A DNA stretch of 64,000 nt from Candidatus Eiseniibacteriota bacterium (GTDB lineage Bacteria; Eisenbacteria; RBG-16-71-46). The notes under the pieces are model-generated. The model had not been told where the DNA came from and did no database searches. It worked only from the letters and a program-made list of their open reading frames with translations. Where the stretch lies: the NCBI GenBank assembly GCA_038231135.1, contig JBBRLX010000019.1, forward strand, positions 1-64,000, read 5' to 3'. A program made the position numbers and the translations under genes. Below, piece after piece: positions 48,632-58,840 of the stretch (position 1 is the stretch's first letter; each line of letters opens with the position of its first letter).

Positions 48632-51300
48632 CCCTCACGCCCGGCACCCGGCTCGGCCCCTACGAGATCGTCGCGCCGCTCGGCGCCGGCGGTATGGGCG
48701 AGGTCTATCGCGCTCGCGACACCCGACTCGACCGTAGCGTGGCGATCAAGGTGCTGCCCGCCCACCTCTCGCTGTCGCCGGAGGTGCGCGCGCGGTTCGA
48801 GCGCGAGGCGCGCACCATCTCGAGCCTGAATCATCCGAACATCTGCACGCTGTTCGATGTCGGCAGCGAGGGCGACGCGGATTACCTCGTGATGGAACTG
48901 GTCGAAGGCGAAACCCTGGCCACGCGTCTCGAGAAGGCCCCGCTGCCGCCGGACGAGGGCATCCGGATCGGGATGCAGATCGCCGACGCGCTCGATCGCG
49001 CGCACCGCGCCGGAATCGTGCACCGCGATCTCAAGCCCGGGAACATCATGCTCACGAAGACCGGCGCGAAGCTCATGGACTTCGGCCTCGCGCGCGCCAC
49101 GGGCATGACGGGCCCCGCAACCGGCTCGGGCGTCACCCTCGCCGCCCTCACGCATTCGCCGACCGTCGCCCAGCCGCTCACCGCCGAGGGCACGCTGGTG
49201 GGCACGTTCCTCTATATGTCGCCGGAACAACTCGAGGGCAAAGAGGCCGACGCGCGCAGCGACATCTGGGCGCTGGGCTGCGTGCTGTACGAAATGGCGA
49301 CCGGACGCCGCGCGTTCGGCGGCAGGAGCCAGGCCTCGCTGATCACGTCCATCATGGCCACCGAACCCGCACCGATCGCTCAGGTCGCGCCCATGAGTCC
49401 GCCGGGGCTCGACCGGCTGGTGCGCGCGTGCCTCGCCAAGGATCCAGAAGAACGCATTCAGACCGCCCACGATGCGAAGCTGCAGCTGCAATGGATCGCA
49501 GAGGGTGGATCGCAGGCCGGCGTGCCCGCGCCGGTCGCGGTGAAGCGCCGCCATCGTGAATCGACCGCCTGGGTGCTGTTCGCGCTCGCCGCGGTCACCG
49601 CCGCGGCGCTGGGCGCGCTTCAGCTCGTTCCCAGACCGCGTCCGAACCCCGTGATCTTCGAGCTCACGCCTCCCCGGCAGGTGGGCGCCGTGGACCTGCC
49701 TCGCATCTCGCCCGACGGACGGTTGCTCGCGTTCAACGCCATCGATTCCAGCGGCACCACCGGCATCTGGGTGCGCCCCATGAATTCGCTCGACGCCCAG
49801 CGTCTGCAGGGCACCGAGGGTTCGACGCGGCCATTCTGGTCTCCCGACAGCCGCTACCTCGCATTCTTCTCGGGAGGCAAGCTGAACAAGATCGACATCA
49901 CCGGCGGGCCACCGCAGGTCGTCTGCGATGCGCCGCGCGGCGCCGACGGCTCGTGGGGAACCCGCGGTGTCATCCTGTTCGACGGCAGTGGCACGGACAC
50001 CGTCCAGCGGGTCTCGGCCGGCGGCGGTGCCCCCTCCGGCGCTACCACTCTGAACCGGACGACACGGGAGACGTTCAACGCCTGGCCGCAATTCCTGCCC
50101 GATGGACAGCACTTTCTCTACCTGGGTTCCAGCGGCCTCGGCGAGGCCACGCTCAAGATCGGGCGCCTCGATTCGAAGGATGTGAAGGTGCTCGGTCCGG
50201 CCGGTTCCCGCACCGAATACGCGTCCGGACACTTGATGTTCGTCCGTCAGGGCACGTTGTTCGCGCGGCCGTTCGATCCCGGCGCGCTCAAGTTCACGGG
50301 TGATCCGTATCCGATCGCCGAGGGTGTCGAGTTCAATGCCATGGGGAGCGCGCGGTTCTCGGCCTCCTCACAGGGCACGCTGGTCTACCGGGCGGGAGGG
50401 GGGAACGCGAATCGGAGTCTGGTATGGGTGGATCGAACCGGGCGTCCGATCGGCACCGTGGGCAGCCCGGGTTTGTACGACGATCCAGCGCTTTCGCCCG
50501 ACGGCACCCAGCTGGCGGTGAAGGTGACCGCCTCCGGCCACACGAACGGAGACATCTGGATCTGGGATCTCGCGCGCGATCTCGGCTCGCGGTTCAGCTT
50601 CGCCAGCGCGGACGTCAATTACCCCACGTGGTCCCCGGATGGCACGAAACTGGTGTACTCGGTGGCGCGCGAAGGCGGCACCGACCTCCACATCAAGCCG
50701 CTGGGCGGCTCGGGCGCCGACTCCGTGCTGTTCTCGACGAACGAGGAGAAGTATCCGTACTGCTGGTCATCGAACGGACGCTACATCGCGTTCATCGAGC
50801 GGTCCGGTATTCAAAATCGAAGCTGGGACATCGAAGCGCTCTCGCTGACCGGACCGCCGCAGGTGATCTCCGTCGCGGCCACACCGTCCATCGAAGTCGG
50901 GCCCGCGTTTTCTCCGGACGGAACATGGATCGCGTACAAGTCACTGGAGTCCGGGCAACCTGACGTGTACGTGCAGGCATTTCCGGGGCCGGGCGGAAAG
51001 TGGCGCGTTTCCACTCACGGAGGCACCGAACCTCTGTGGCGCGGCGACGGACACGAACTGTTCTATCTCACGCTCTCGCGAGAATTGATGTCGGTCGTGT
51101 TCGACGCCGGTCCGCCGCCGCATCTCGGGCTTCCGCAAAAGCTGTTCGACGCACCCGTGATTCGCGGGAACAATGTTCGGAGCCGATACGTTCCTTCCCG
51201 CGATGGCCAGCGGTTCCTGCTGAACACCATCGAAGGCGAGGCCAAGATCGGCGCCACGACCGTCGTGCTCGACTGGCTCGGCGATCGGCACAAGCCGTGA
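48628..51300 (+). CDS. Membrane Ser/Thr kinase with TolB-like PD40 beta-propellers
   Basis: ATGA overlap with the previous gene; kinase motifs, TM, SPDG repeats. Confidence 0.95.
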   Translation: MTLTPGTRLGPYEIVAPLGAGGMGEVYRARDTRLDRSVAIKVLPAHLSLSPEVRARFEREARTISSLNHPNICTLFDVGSEGDADYLVMELVEGETLATRLEKAPLPPDEGIRIGMQIADALDRAHRAGIVHRDLKPGNIMLTKTGAKLMDFGLARATGMTGPATGSGVTLAALTHSPTVAQPLTAEGTLVGTFLYMSPEQLEGKEADARSDIWALGCVLYEMATGRRAFGGRSQASLITSIMATEPAPIAQVAPMSPPGLDRLVRACLAKDPEERIQTAHDAKLQLQWIAEGGSQAGVPAPVAVKRRHRESTAWVLFALAAVTAAALGALQLVPRPRPNPVIFELTPPRQVGAVDLPRISPDGRLLAFNAIDSSGTTGIWVRPMNSLDAQRLQGTEGSTRPFWSPDSRYLAFFSGGKLNKIDITGGPPQVVCDAPRGADGSWGTRGVILFDGSGTDTVQRVSAGGGAPSGATTLNRTTRETFNAWPQFLPDGQHFLYLGSSGLGEATLKIGRLDSKDVKVLGPAGSRTEYASGHLMFVRQGTLFARPFDPGALKFTGDPYPIAEGVEFNAMGSARFSASSQGTLVYRAGGGNANRSLVWVDRTGRPIGTVGSPGLYDDPALSPDGTQLAVKVTASGHTNGDIWIWDLARDLGSRFSFASADVNYPTWSPDGTKLVYSVAREGGTDLHIKPLGGSGADSVLFSTNEEKYPYCWSSNGRYIAFIERSGIQNRSWDIEALSLTGPPQVISVAATPSIEVGPAFSPDGTWIAYKSLESGQPDVYVQAFPGPGGKWRVSTHGGTEPLWRGDGHELFYLTLSRELMSVVFDAGPPPHLGLPQKLFDAPVIRGNNVRSRYVPSRDGQRFLLNTIEGEAKIGATTVVLDWLGDRHKP

Positions 51301-51397
51301 CGGGACTGCTCTACGGGGCTCTGGGGATCCCTCAGGCGAGGTTGCCGGCGCGGCGCGCCTGTGATGGCGCGCCGCGCCGCGGATGCGCCGGCGAAGC

Positions 51398-51643
51398 TCA
51401 GGCCTTCTTCGCGGTCACCATGCGGAAGATCCAGGTCAGGACCACCGCCCCGAACACCGCAACGGCCAGCGTGTAGAAGAAGCCGCCCTCGGCCTTGAAC
51501 CCGAACGTGCTCATGAGGAAACCACCCGCGAGCGCGCCCAGTAAGCCGATGATGATGTCCATCAGGGCGCCCTTGCCCGGCCCGCCCATCAGCTTGCCGG
51601 TCAGCCACCCCGCGATGAGACCCACGACGATCCAGGAGATCAT
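51398..51643 (-). CDS. GlsB/YeaQ/YmgE family stress-response membrane protein
   Basis: ISWIVVGLIAGWL...DIIIGLLGAL.GG...AV.GAVVL; 81 aa. Confidence 0.92.
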   Translation of the reverse strand: MISWIVVGLIAGWLTGKLMGGPGKGALMDIIIGLLGALAGGFLMSTFGFKAEGGFFYTLAVAVFGAVVLTWIFRMVTAKKA

Positions 51644-51645
51644 GA

Positions 51646-52143
51646 TCAGCCCCGTCTCGCGGAGGAGATCCTGGACATCAGCATCGCGAGGGCCGTCACC
51701 CCGATGCTCTTCACCAGCGTCGGATGCTGCGAGTAGAACCCCGCCGCCTGCTCCATGATCGACGGATTCTTCTGGGCGGCCTGCTGCGCGACGGCCTGCA
51801 CGGTTGCGGGCGTCACCTGTTGCGCTTGCTGAGGTGAAATGGTGCCGGCCACTCCGCCCGTCGCGGCCTGGAGTTGAGCGACCCCCGCCGGACCGAGCGA
51901 CGCGAGCAACTGGTTCAGGATGCCGGCCTTCTGCTCGGGGGTGGAGTGGGAGAACAGGTTTGCCACCATCTGCTCGAACGGCGGCGTCTGATCGGATTGA
52001 AACGCGTGCGTGAGGCCGTCCGCGAGCGTGCCCTGCGGCACGGCCTGCGACACCTGATCATACGCGGCGTGGACGTCGGCCTCGGGTGCGCCACCACTCG
52101 TCGCCTGCTTCAACAGGTTGCCGAGATTATCGAAGATACTCAT
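51646..52143 (-). CDS. Hypothetical Gln/Ala-rich helical protein (YidB/DUF937-like)
   Basis: GGAGGTG RBS before MSIFDNLG; F.SDQTPPFEQMV..LF and FY.QHPTLVK motifs. Confidence 0.75.
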   Translation of the reverse strand: MSIFDNLGNLLKQATSGGAPEADVHAAYDQVSQAVPQGTLADGLTHAFQSDQTPPFEQMVANLFSHSTPEQKAGILNQLLASLGPAGVAQLQAATGGVAGTISPQQAQQVTPATVQAVAQQAAQKNPSIMEQAAGFYSQHPTLVKSIGVTALAMLMSRISSARRG

Positions 52144-52259
52144 GCGTTCACCTCCCAAATCGTATGCGGGACAGGTCGCGACCGCCGCCAGCACTCGCGC
52201 CTTGCCCTGGTCCGCGATGGCTTGCCGCCGACGTGAACATGACTTCCGGTTCGGGAACG

Positions 52260-52637
52260 CTAGTTCAGCAGCTCCTGTGGAACCTTGCCGCCATTTGCGG
52301 CCAGCTTCGTGATCACCTGCTTGTGCAACCAGATGTTCATCGCCGCCGAATCACCCGTGTCGCCGGTAAAGCCGAGCTCGGCGGCCAGTGCCGTGCGCGC
52401 GCCATGGCTCGAATCGATTCCGACGAGCTTCATCAGGTCCACGATCGAGTGCCGCCAATCGAGCTTCTGGGAGTTCTCGGCGGCGAGCTTGTCGAGGATG
52501 GCGGTGACGTCCACGACTGCCGGAGCGGCGGCAATGGGTGCGGCGGCAGTGGAACCGGCGGATACCGGCGCCGGCGCCGCCTGGGCTGCGTCCGCGTGAT
52601 GAAAGATCTTGGCCATCAAGTCACTGAAGAGTCCCAT
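52260..52637 (-). CDS. DUF3597 family protein
   Basis: MGLFSDLMAKIF; LDWRHSIVDLMKL.GIDSS...R..LA.ELG...DSA.MNIWLHKQV..KLAANGGKVP. Confidence 0.92.
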   Translation of the reverse strand: MGLFSDLMAKIFHHADAAQAAPAPVSAGSTAAAPIAAAPAVVDVTAILDKLAAENSQKLDWRHSIVDLMKLVGIDSSHGARTALAAELGFTGDTGDSAAMNIWLHKQVITKLAANGGKVPQELLN

Positions 52638-52968
52638 GGGTTCAATTCTCCATCGTGAGGGGTGAGCCGGGCGTGAGGATCCACCGGCTTGCCGGCGGAC
52701 GGGTTCCGCGCTGAAACCCCGACGCCGACGATTCACAGGGTGCTCCGTCCCGGGAACCAATGCAATGAAAAGTGCGCCGGGGGGGATGCATCACGGCGGT
52801 TGCCGTGCCGAGTTTTCGCGGCTCGTCGCGTCGGGTCCGGCGGACGGGGTTTGGTTCGCCGGCGGTTAAGGGACCCGTGGTGGACTCCAGAGTTGCTGCG
52901 GAACGAGGCGATTCGCAGCTCCGGGTCGAGAGTAACGCAGCGTACGACTGCCATCGGAGTCCAACGAG

Positions 52969-55401
52969 ATGAACTTCTGTCGCAACCTGACCCTGTTGAT
53001 CCTGCTCGTGCTTCCCGCCCACAACCTGCTCGCCCAGACGTCCGCTGAGGGCGCCGTCACCGGCATCCTGACCGACCAGAAGACCCACGCTCCGCTGGAG
53101 AACGTCACGGTGACGCTCCGCGACCGCGGCGATTCGACGCATGTCGTAGGAACCACCACTGGCAAGGACGGCGGATTCCTGTTCGCCCATGTGCCGCCGG
53201 GTGCATACCTCGTGGAATGCAGCCTCATCGGGCATGTCAGCTTCCGCTCGCCGCAGTTCCAGATCGACCCCGCCCATCCGCGCATGAACCTGAAGACCAT
53301 TCCACTCAAGCAATCGGTGCTGGTGCTGGACGAGGTCGTGATCCATTCGGAAAAGAGCCTGTTCAACCACGCGATCGACCGCCGGATCTACAACGTTCAG
53401 CACGACCTGATGGCGAAATCGAGCTCGGCGAGCGAAATCCTTCAGAACATCCCCGCGGTCCAGGTGGATATCGACGGCAACGTCAGCCTGCGCGGCTCCC
53501 CCGACGTCATGATCCTGATCAACGGCAAGAAGTCGCCGCTGATGGGCAAGAGCCGGGCGGACGTCCTGCAGCAGCTGCCCGCGGGGAACATCGAGAAGAT
53601 CGAGGTGATCACGAATCCGTCCGCGCGATTCACGCCCGAGGGCACGTCGGGAATCATCAATATCGTGATGAAGCAGGGCTCCGGCGCGGGAGTGAACGGC
53701 GATGCGACCGGCCACTACGGCACCGCGGACCGGCACAACGAGAATTTTTCGTTTGGGTACAACCCCCGGAAACTCGAGCTGTTCGGGAACTACAGCTATC
53801 GCGACGACCGCAGGAACCGTACGGGCACGGACCAGCGCGACCTGTCCGACTCGGGGCCGACGCGAACCTATGAGGAGAGCAACCGAATCCTCGTGCGGCC
53901 GCACGTGAACCTCGGGAACCTGGGCCTGAGCTACCACCCGGACCCGCGGAACACCGTCGACCTGAGCGGAGAGTACTTTCACCGGCGGCCGTCACGGAAC
54001 GGCGTGTCCACGATCGTTTCGCGGGACGACGCAGGCGCCATCGTCTCCGACTACGACCGGCGGCAGACCGGCTACGAATTGGAGACCGAGGCCGGAGTTA
54101 CCACCGCGTTCCAGCACGACTTCGCCCGGGCGGACCACGAGGTGCGCGTCGAGGCCAGCGTGTCCAACGCGCCGCAGTCGGAGGTGGCCAGTTTCGTGGA
54201 GGACTGGCGCACCCCGGCCCAGGCCAGGCAGGCGAGCAACATCCAGTTCCGTCAGCGGGAGGAGCAGGCGCACGTGTCCGTCGATTACAGCGATCCCGTG
54301 AGCGACGAGTCCAAGCTCGAGGCCGGATACGCGCTGGAGATCCATCGTCAGGACATCCATTCGCATGCCGAGTCCCTCGACGTCGCGCAGCAGCGGTTCT
54401 TTGCGGACGGCTCGAAGACGTACCGGTTCAAGCTGGATCAGGCCATTCACGCCGTCTACGGGACCTATGCACGCGTCCTCAGGAAGCTCAGCGCACTCGG
54501 CGGCCTGCGCGGAGAATACGCGAACGTGACTCCGGACCTCGTTTCGAACGGAGTGCGGTTCGTCCACATCTATTCCGGGCTGTATCCGACGCTACATCTG
54601 GCCTACAAGGCGAGTGCAAGCGGCGAAGTCCAGCTCAACTACAGCCGCCGGATCAACCGGCCGGACAGCGACGACCTCAACCCGTTTCCGGAATTCACCG
54701 ATCCCTACAACATGGAGGCCGGCAACACGCATCTCAAGCCCGAATCGATTCACTCGGTCGAACTGGGCTACCGGCAGCGGGGCGAGCACTTCTCGTTCTT
54801 CCCGAGCCTCTACTATCGCTACAAGCAGGACGGGATCACGCGGCTGACAACGGCGGTCAACGACTCGGTGTTCCTTCGAACCAAGGCGAATCTGGCGAGC
54901 GATCAATCGGCCGGCTTCGAGCCCGTGCTGACGGTGTCCGTGGGCCGGGTGCTGCAGGGCAACCTGAACGCCAACGTGTTCTACGACCAGATCGATGCCT
55001 CGAACATCGGCTACGGCAGCCGGAAGTCGGTGGTGTCCTGGAGCGGAGCGTGCAATGTGAACCTCACTCCGTGGACCGCCACCACGCTCCAGCTGAGCTC
55101 CAACTATCGGTCCACCGTCCTCACGCCGCAGGGGAATTCCCGCCCCAGCTTCGTGTTGAACCTCGGGGCAAAGCAGAATCTCGTACGCGACCAGGTGTCG
55201 CTGACGCTGACCGTTTCGGATCTGTTCAAGACCCAGCGCCAGGACACCCAACTGGACGTATCTGGCATCCGCCAGCGGGTGACCAACCGGCGCGATTCAC
55301 GGATCGTCTATGCCGGCGTCATCTACCATTACGGCCGGACCGAGAAGAAGGACAAGGACAAGGACAAGGACAAGCCGTTTCAGTACGAGGACCAGCCATA
55401 G
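52969..55401 (+). CDS. TonB-dependent receptor / outer-membrane beta-barrel protein
   Basis: Signal peptide, CarboxypepD-like N-domain, plug (EIL.NIP.V.VD.DG..SLRG, IEKIEVITNPSAR...G..GIINIV), YSRRINRP barrel motif. Confidence 0.92.
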   Translation: MNFCRNLTLLILLVLPAHNLLAQTSAEGAVTGILTDQKTHAPLENVTVTLRDRGDSTHVVGTTTGKDGGFLFAHVPPGAYLVECSLIGHVSFRSPQFQIDPAHPRMNLKTIPLKQSVLVLDEVVIHSEKSLFNHAIDRRIYNVQHDLMAKSSSASEILQNIPAVQVDIDGNVSLRGSPDVMILINGKKSPLMGKSRADVLQQLPAGNIEKIEVITNPSARFTPEGTSGIINIVMKQGSGAGVNGDATGHYGTADRHNENFSFGYNPRKLELFGNYSYRDDRRNRTGTDQRDLSDSGPTRTYEESNRILVRPHVNLGNLGLSYHPDPRNTVDLSGEYFHRRPSRNGVSTIVSRDDAGAIVSDYDRRQTGYELETEAGVTTAFQHDFARADHEVRVEASVSNAPQSEVASFVEDWRTPAQARQASNIQFRQREEQAHVSVDYSDPVSDESKLEAGYALEIHRQDIHSHAESLDVAQQRFFADGSKTYRFKLDQAIHAVYGTYARVLRKLSALGGLRGEYANVTPDLVSNGVRFVHIYSGLYPTLHLAYKASASGEVQLNYSRRINRPDSDDLNPFPEFTDPYNMEAGNTHLKPESIHSVELGYRQRGEHFSFFPSLYYRYKQDGITRLTTAVNDSVFLRTKANLASDQSAGFEPVLTVSVGRVLQGNLNANVFYDQIDASNIGYGSRKSVVSWSGACNVNLTPWTATTLQLSSNYRSTVLTPQGNSRPSFVLNLGAKQNLVRDQVSLTLTVSDLFKTQRQDTQLDVSGIRQRVTNRRDSRIVYAGVIYHYGRTEKKDKDKDKDKPFQYEDQP

Positions 55402-55468
55402 CGGGACCGTATCTGCGCCACACCGCCGGCTTTCGGTCGTAGCCGCTCGTGCACTATCTTCCGCACCC

Positions 55469-55960
55469 ATGATCACGATTCGACCCGCCCGTCCGGCCGA
55501 CCAGACCGCCATCGGACACTACGGCGCCGAGCTCATGCGCCAGCACCATGCCGCCGATCCCAGGCGGTTCATCCTCGTGGACCGGCCGGAGGCCGGGTAT
55601 GGCCGGTTTCTCGTGTCCATCCTGTCGAATCCGGACTATGCGGTTCTGGTCGCCGAGCTGTCCGGTGAGATCGTCGGCTACACCCTCGCGGCGATCGAGC
55701 CCACGAGCTGGAGAGATCTGCGAGGGCCGTGTGGATTCATCCATGACGTGTTCGTCGACGAGCGCGTGCGGCGGCAGGGGACCGGGCGCGACCTGATGGC
55801 CGCGGCCATCGAGTGGATCCACTCGAAGGGCATGACCCAGATCGTGCTGTGGAGCAAGTCGGGGAACGACGGCGCACAACGCCTGTTCGCCGAGCTGGGG
55901 TTCCGGCACACGATGGTCGAGATGACGCTCGATCGAGAGCCGCCGGCCTCCGGGACATGA
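55469..55960 (+). CDS. GNAT family N-acetyltransferase
   Basis: MITIRPA start; IHDVFVD...RRQGTGR and N..AQRLF.ELGF. TATCTT lies 8 nt upstream, so it may be leaderless. Confidence 0.9.
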   Translation: MITIRPARPADQTAIGHYGAELMRQHHAADPRRFILVDRPEAGYGRFLVSILSNPDYAVLVAELSGEIVGYTLAAIEPTSWRDLRGPCGFIHDVFVDERVRRQGTGRDLMAAAIEWIHSKGMTQIVLWSKSGNDGAQRLFAELGFRHTMVEMTLDREPPASGT

Positions 55961-56023
55961 CCGGCCCAGGTCCTCGACGAACTCGATCGCCCCGTCACCC
56001 GGCGTCGCCCGACGCTCCGCTCT

Positions 56024-56034
56024 TGAAGTAATGT
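56024..56034 (+). promoter_or_regulatory. Kinase-associated leaderless-type -10 module
   Basis: TGAAG-TAATGT-N6-ATG(56041). Confidence 0.6.
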
Positions 56035-56040
56035 AGCCCC

Positions 56041-58699
56041 ATGACGCTGACCCCCGGCACGCGGTTCGGTCCCTACGAGATCATCGCGCCGCTCGGCGCC
56101 GGCGGCATGGGAGAGGTGTACCGCGCGCGCGACCCGCGGCTCGGGCGCGACGTCGCGATCAAGGCGCTGCCCGCCGCGTTCGCCCAGGACCCCGAGCGAC
56201 TGGCGCGCTTCGACCGCGAAGCCCGGCTGCTGGCCTCGCTCCATCACGCGAACATCGCCGTGCTCCACGGGCTCGAGGACTCCGACGGCCGCAGCTTCCT
56301 CGTGATGGAGCTCGTCGAGGGTGAATCGCTCGCGCAGCGGCTCGAACGGGGCGCGCTGCCGCTGGCCGAGACGCTCGAGGTGGCGCGCGCGATCGCCGCG
56401 GCGCTCGAGGCCGCGCACGAGGGCGGCATCGTCCACCGCGACCTCAAGCCGGGCAACATCATGGTGACGCCGTCGGGCGACGTGAAGGTTCTCGACTTTG
56501 GCCTCGCCAAGGGTGGGGCGACCGGTTCGACGCCGGATGCCAGCCTGTCGGCGTCACCGACGATGACCTACGCGGCCACCCAGGCCGGCGTCATCCTCGG
56601 CACCGCCGCCTACATGAGCCCCGAGCAGGCGCGCGGCAAGAGCGTCGACCGGCGCACCGACATTTGGTCGTTCGGCTGCGTGGTGTACGAATGCCTCACG
56701 GGGCGTCAGGCGTTTGCGGGCGACACGGTATCGGACATCGTCGCGCACATCCTGCAGACGGAGCCGGACTGGGCGATCCTTCCGGACAGGACGCCGGAGC
56801 GACTGCGGTCGCTGCTGCGCCGATGCCTCGAGAAGGATTCCAAGCGGCGTCTCCGCGACATCGGCGAGGCGCGTATCGAGATCGAGGATCTGATCGCGAT
56901 GCGCAACTCGGGCAGCATCGCGGCGCCCGCGGCGCGGGCTGGACACACCGGCGCACAACCGTGGGCGGCATTCGCCATCACCGCTCTGGTCGCCACGGCC
57001 GCGGCGTGGTTCGGCCCGAAGCTGCTCGTGCATCCGGTGCCACCGTCGGCGAAGCGCTTCGAGATTGCGGCACCCATGGGCCGGGCCATGACGGACGGGG
57101 CCTGCGTCGCGATCTCGCCGGACGGCACACAGCTCGCGATCGTTGCGTCGGATTCCTCGGGGACGTATTCGCTCTGGGTCCGGCGACTCGACTCACTCGT
57201 GCCCCGGCGGCTGGCCGGAACCGAGGGTGTCCGGATGATGTTCTGGTCGCCCGACAGCCGTTCGCTGGCGTTCTTCGCGAATGACGACGCGCTGTCGAAG
57301 GTGGCGGTGGACGGCGGCGCGCCACCGGAACGGATCTGCGACACGAAGGCCGCGCGCGGCGGCGCGTGGGGCCGCGACGGCACCATTCTGTTCGCGCCCT
57401 ATTCGAACGGCGGCATCTATCCGGGTGTCCGCGAACGGCGGCACGCCGGTGCAGGTGACGCGGCCGGACTCGGCCCACGGCGTCACGGGCCATCGCTTCC
57501 CGGTGCTGCTGCCGGACGGCAGGCACTTCCTGTTTGTGAGCGTGCCATTCGGCCTCGACAACAAGGGCGGCCTGTGCGTCGGCTCGCTCGACGGTGGTCC
57601 CACCCGGGAAATCGGGCGCGTCGAATCGGGCGTGGTGTGGCAGGCGCCGGACTGGCTCATCACGACGCGCAACGCCGCGCTCGTAGCGTGGCGATTCGAT
57701 TTCCACGCACTCAAAATGGTGGGAGATCCGGCCACGATCGGCGACCCGCTCGTCGGCAGCCAGTACTCCGGCGGACCCGTGGTGAGCGCCTCGGCGGGCG
57801 GCACGCTCACGTTCCTCACTCGCCAGGAAACGCCCGCCCGGCTGGAATGGTACGACCTCTATGCGGGTCACCCGATGGGCACGCCCCCGCTCGCTGCAGG
57901 ACCCTATACTACAGTCAATCTGTCCCCCGACGACCGCCGGGCGATCGTCTCGGAGCAGAGCGAACCGACGCGCTCCGACATCGTACTCGTGGAACTGGAC
58001 CGCGGGGTGACATCGCGTCTCACGCAAGCCCCCGACAATGCCGACTATGCCGTGTGGTCGAACGATGGAACGCGAGTGACCTACGTGGAAGGCGCGTCGG
58101 GAACCGTTCGCGTGCGTTCGCTCATCGACGGCTCCACACGAGCGTTCCTCGCCGACGACCATGCCTTCAAACGCGTATACGGCTGGACGCCCGATGACCG
58201 GGCGGTGCTCTACGGCCGTCTCGACGCCGCGACGAAATGGGACGTGTGGCTGCTGCCGGTCGACGGCAGCCCGCCGCAGCCGTGCCTGCGATCGCCGGCG
58301 AACGAACTGGCGGCCCAGATCTCGTCGGACGGGCGCTGGCTCAAGTACACGTCCGACGAGTCGGGCGCAACGGAAGCATGCGTGGTGCCGTTCAAGGCGC
58401 CGGGGCTCAAGTACCAGGTGACGATCGGCGGCGGCGACGGCGCCTTCTCGTTCGACGCCAGGCGTTTCTACTATGCGCTGGTAAAGGACCCACGCGCCGT
58501 CTGGGCAGCGGAGGTCCGCACTCAGCCCGCGTTCTCGCTGGGTCCCGCGAAGGTCGTGTTTCACATTCCCGGCGATCAGGTCAATTGGGCCCTCGCCCGC
58601 GATGAGCGCCGCATCCTCCGCCTGGTGCCGGCGGAGAAGCCGGCGCCGCAGGCAGCGACGATTCTGGAAAACTGGCCGGCGGCGATTCGTAAGCCATAG
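56041..58699 (+). pseudogene. Membrane Ser/Thr kinase with PD40 propellers, split by a +1 frameshift near 57421 (real or sequencing error)
   Basis: ORF 56041..58197 is kinase+TM+blades up to GGIY, and ORF 57281..58699 continues RVSANGG. Removing one C at 57421-57422 restores GGIYRVSANGG. Confidence 0.85.
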
Positions 58700-58840
58700 C
58701 TGGCGCGTTGCCGTCGTGGGTGTCCGGACGCCATAGTCGGGTATAGTCCGCGCCGTCGTGTCACTTGCCCCCGCCACAGCCCTGCCCTTGCGAGACCGCC
58801 GTCGCGCCGGGCCGGGCGGCCCGCCAGCGCCGGAGTGCCC

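Noticed and set aside
52690..52860. Short direct and inverted similarities (ccggcggacggg twice) in the divergent intergenic region, as a ncRNA or riboswitch
   Set aside because: Too short and GC-rich, and I recognised no riboswitch core (e.g. cobalamin). An Rfam/Infernal scan would settle it.
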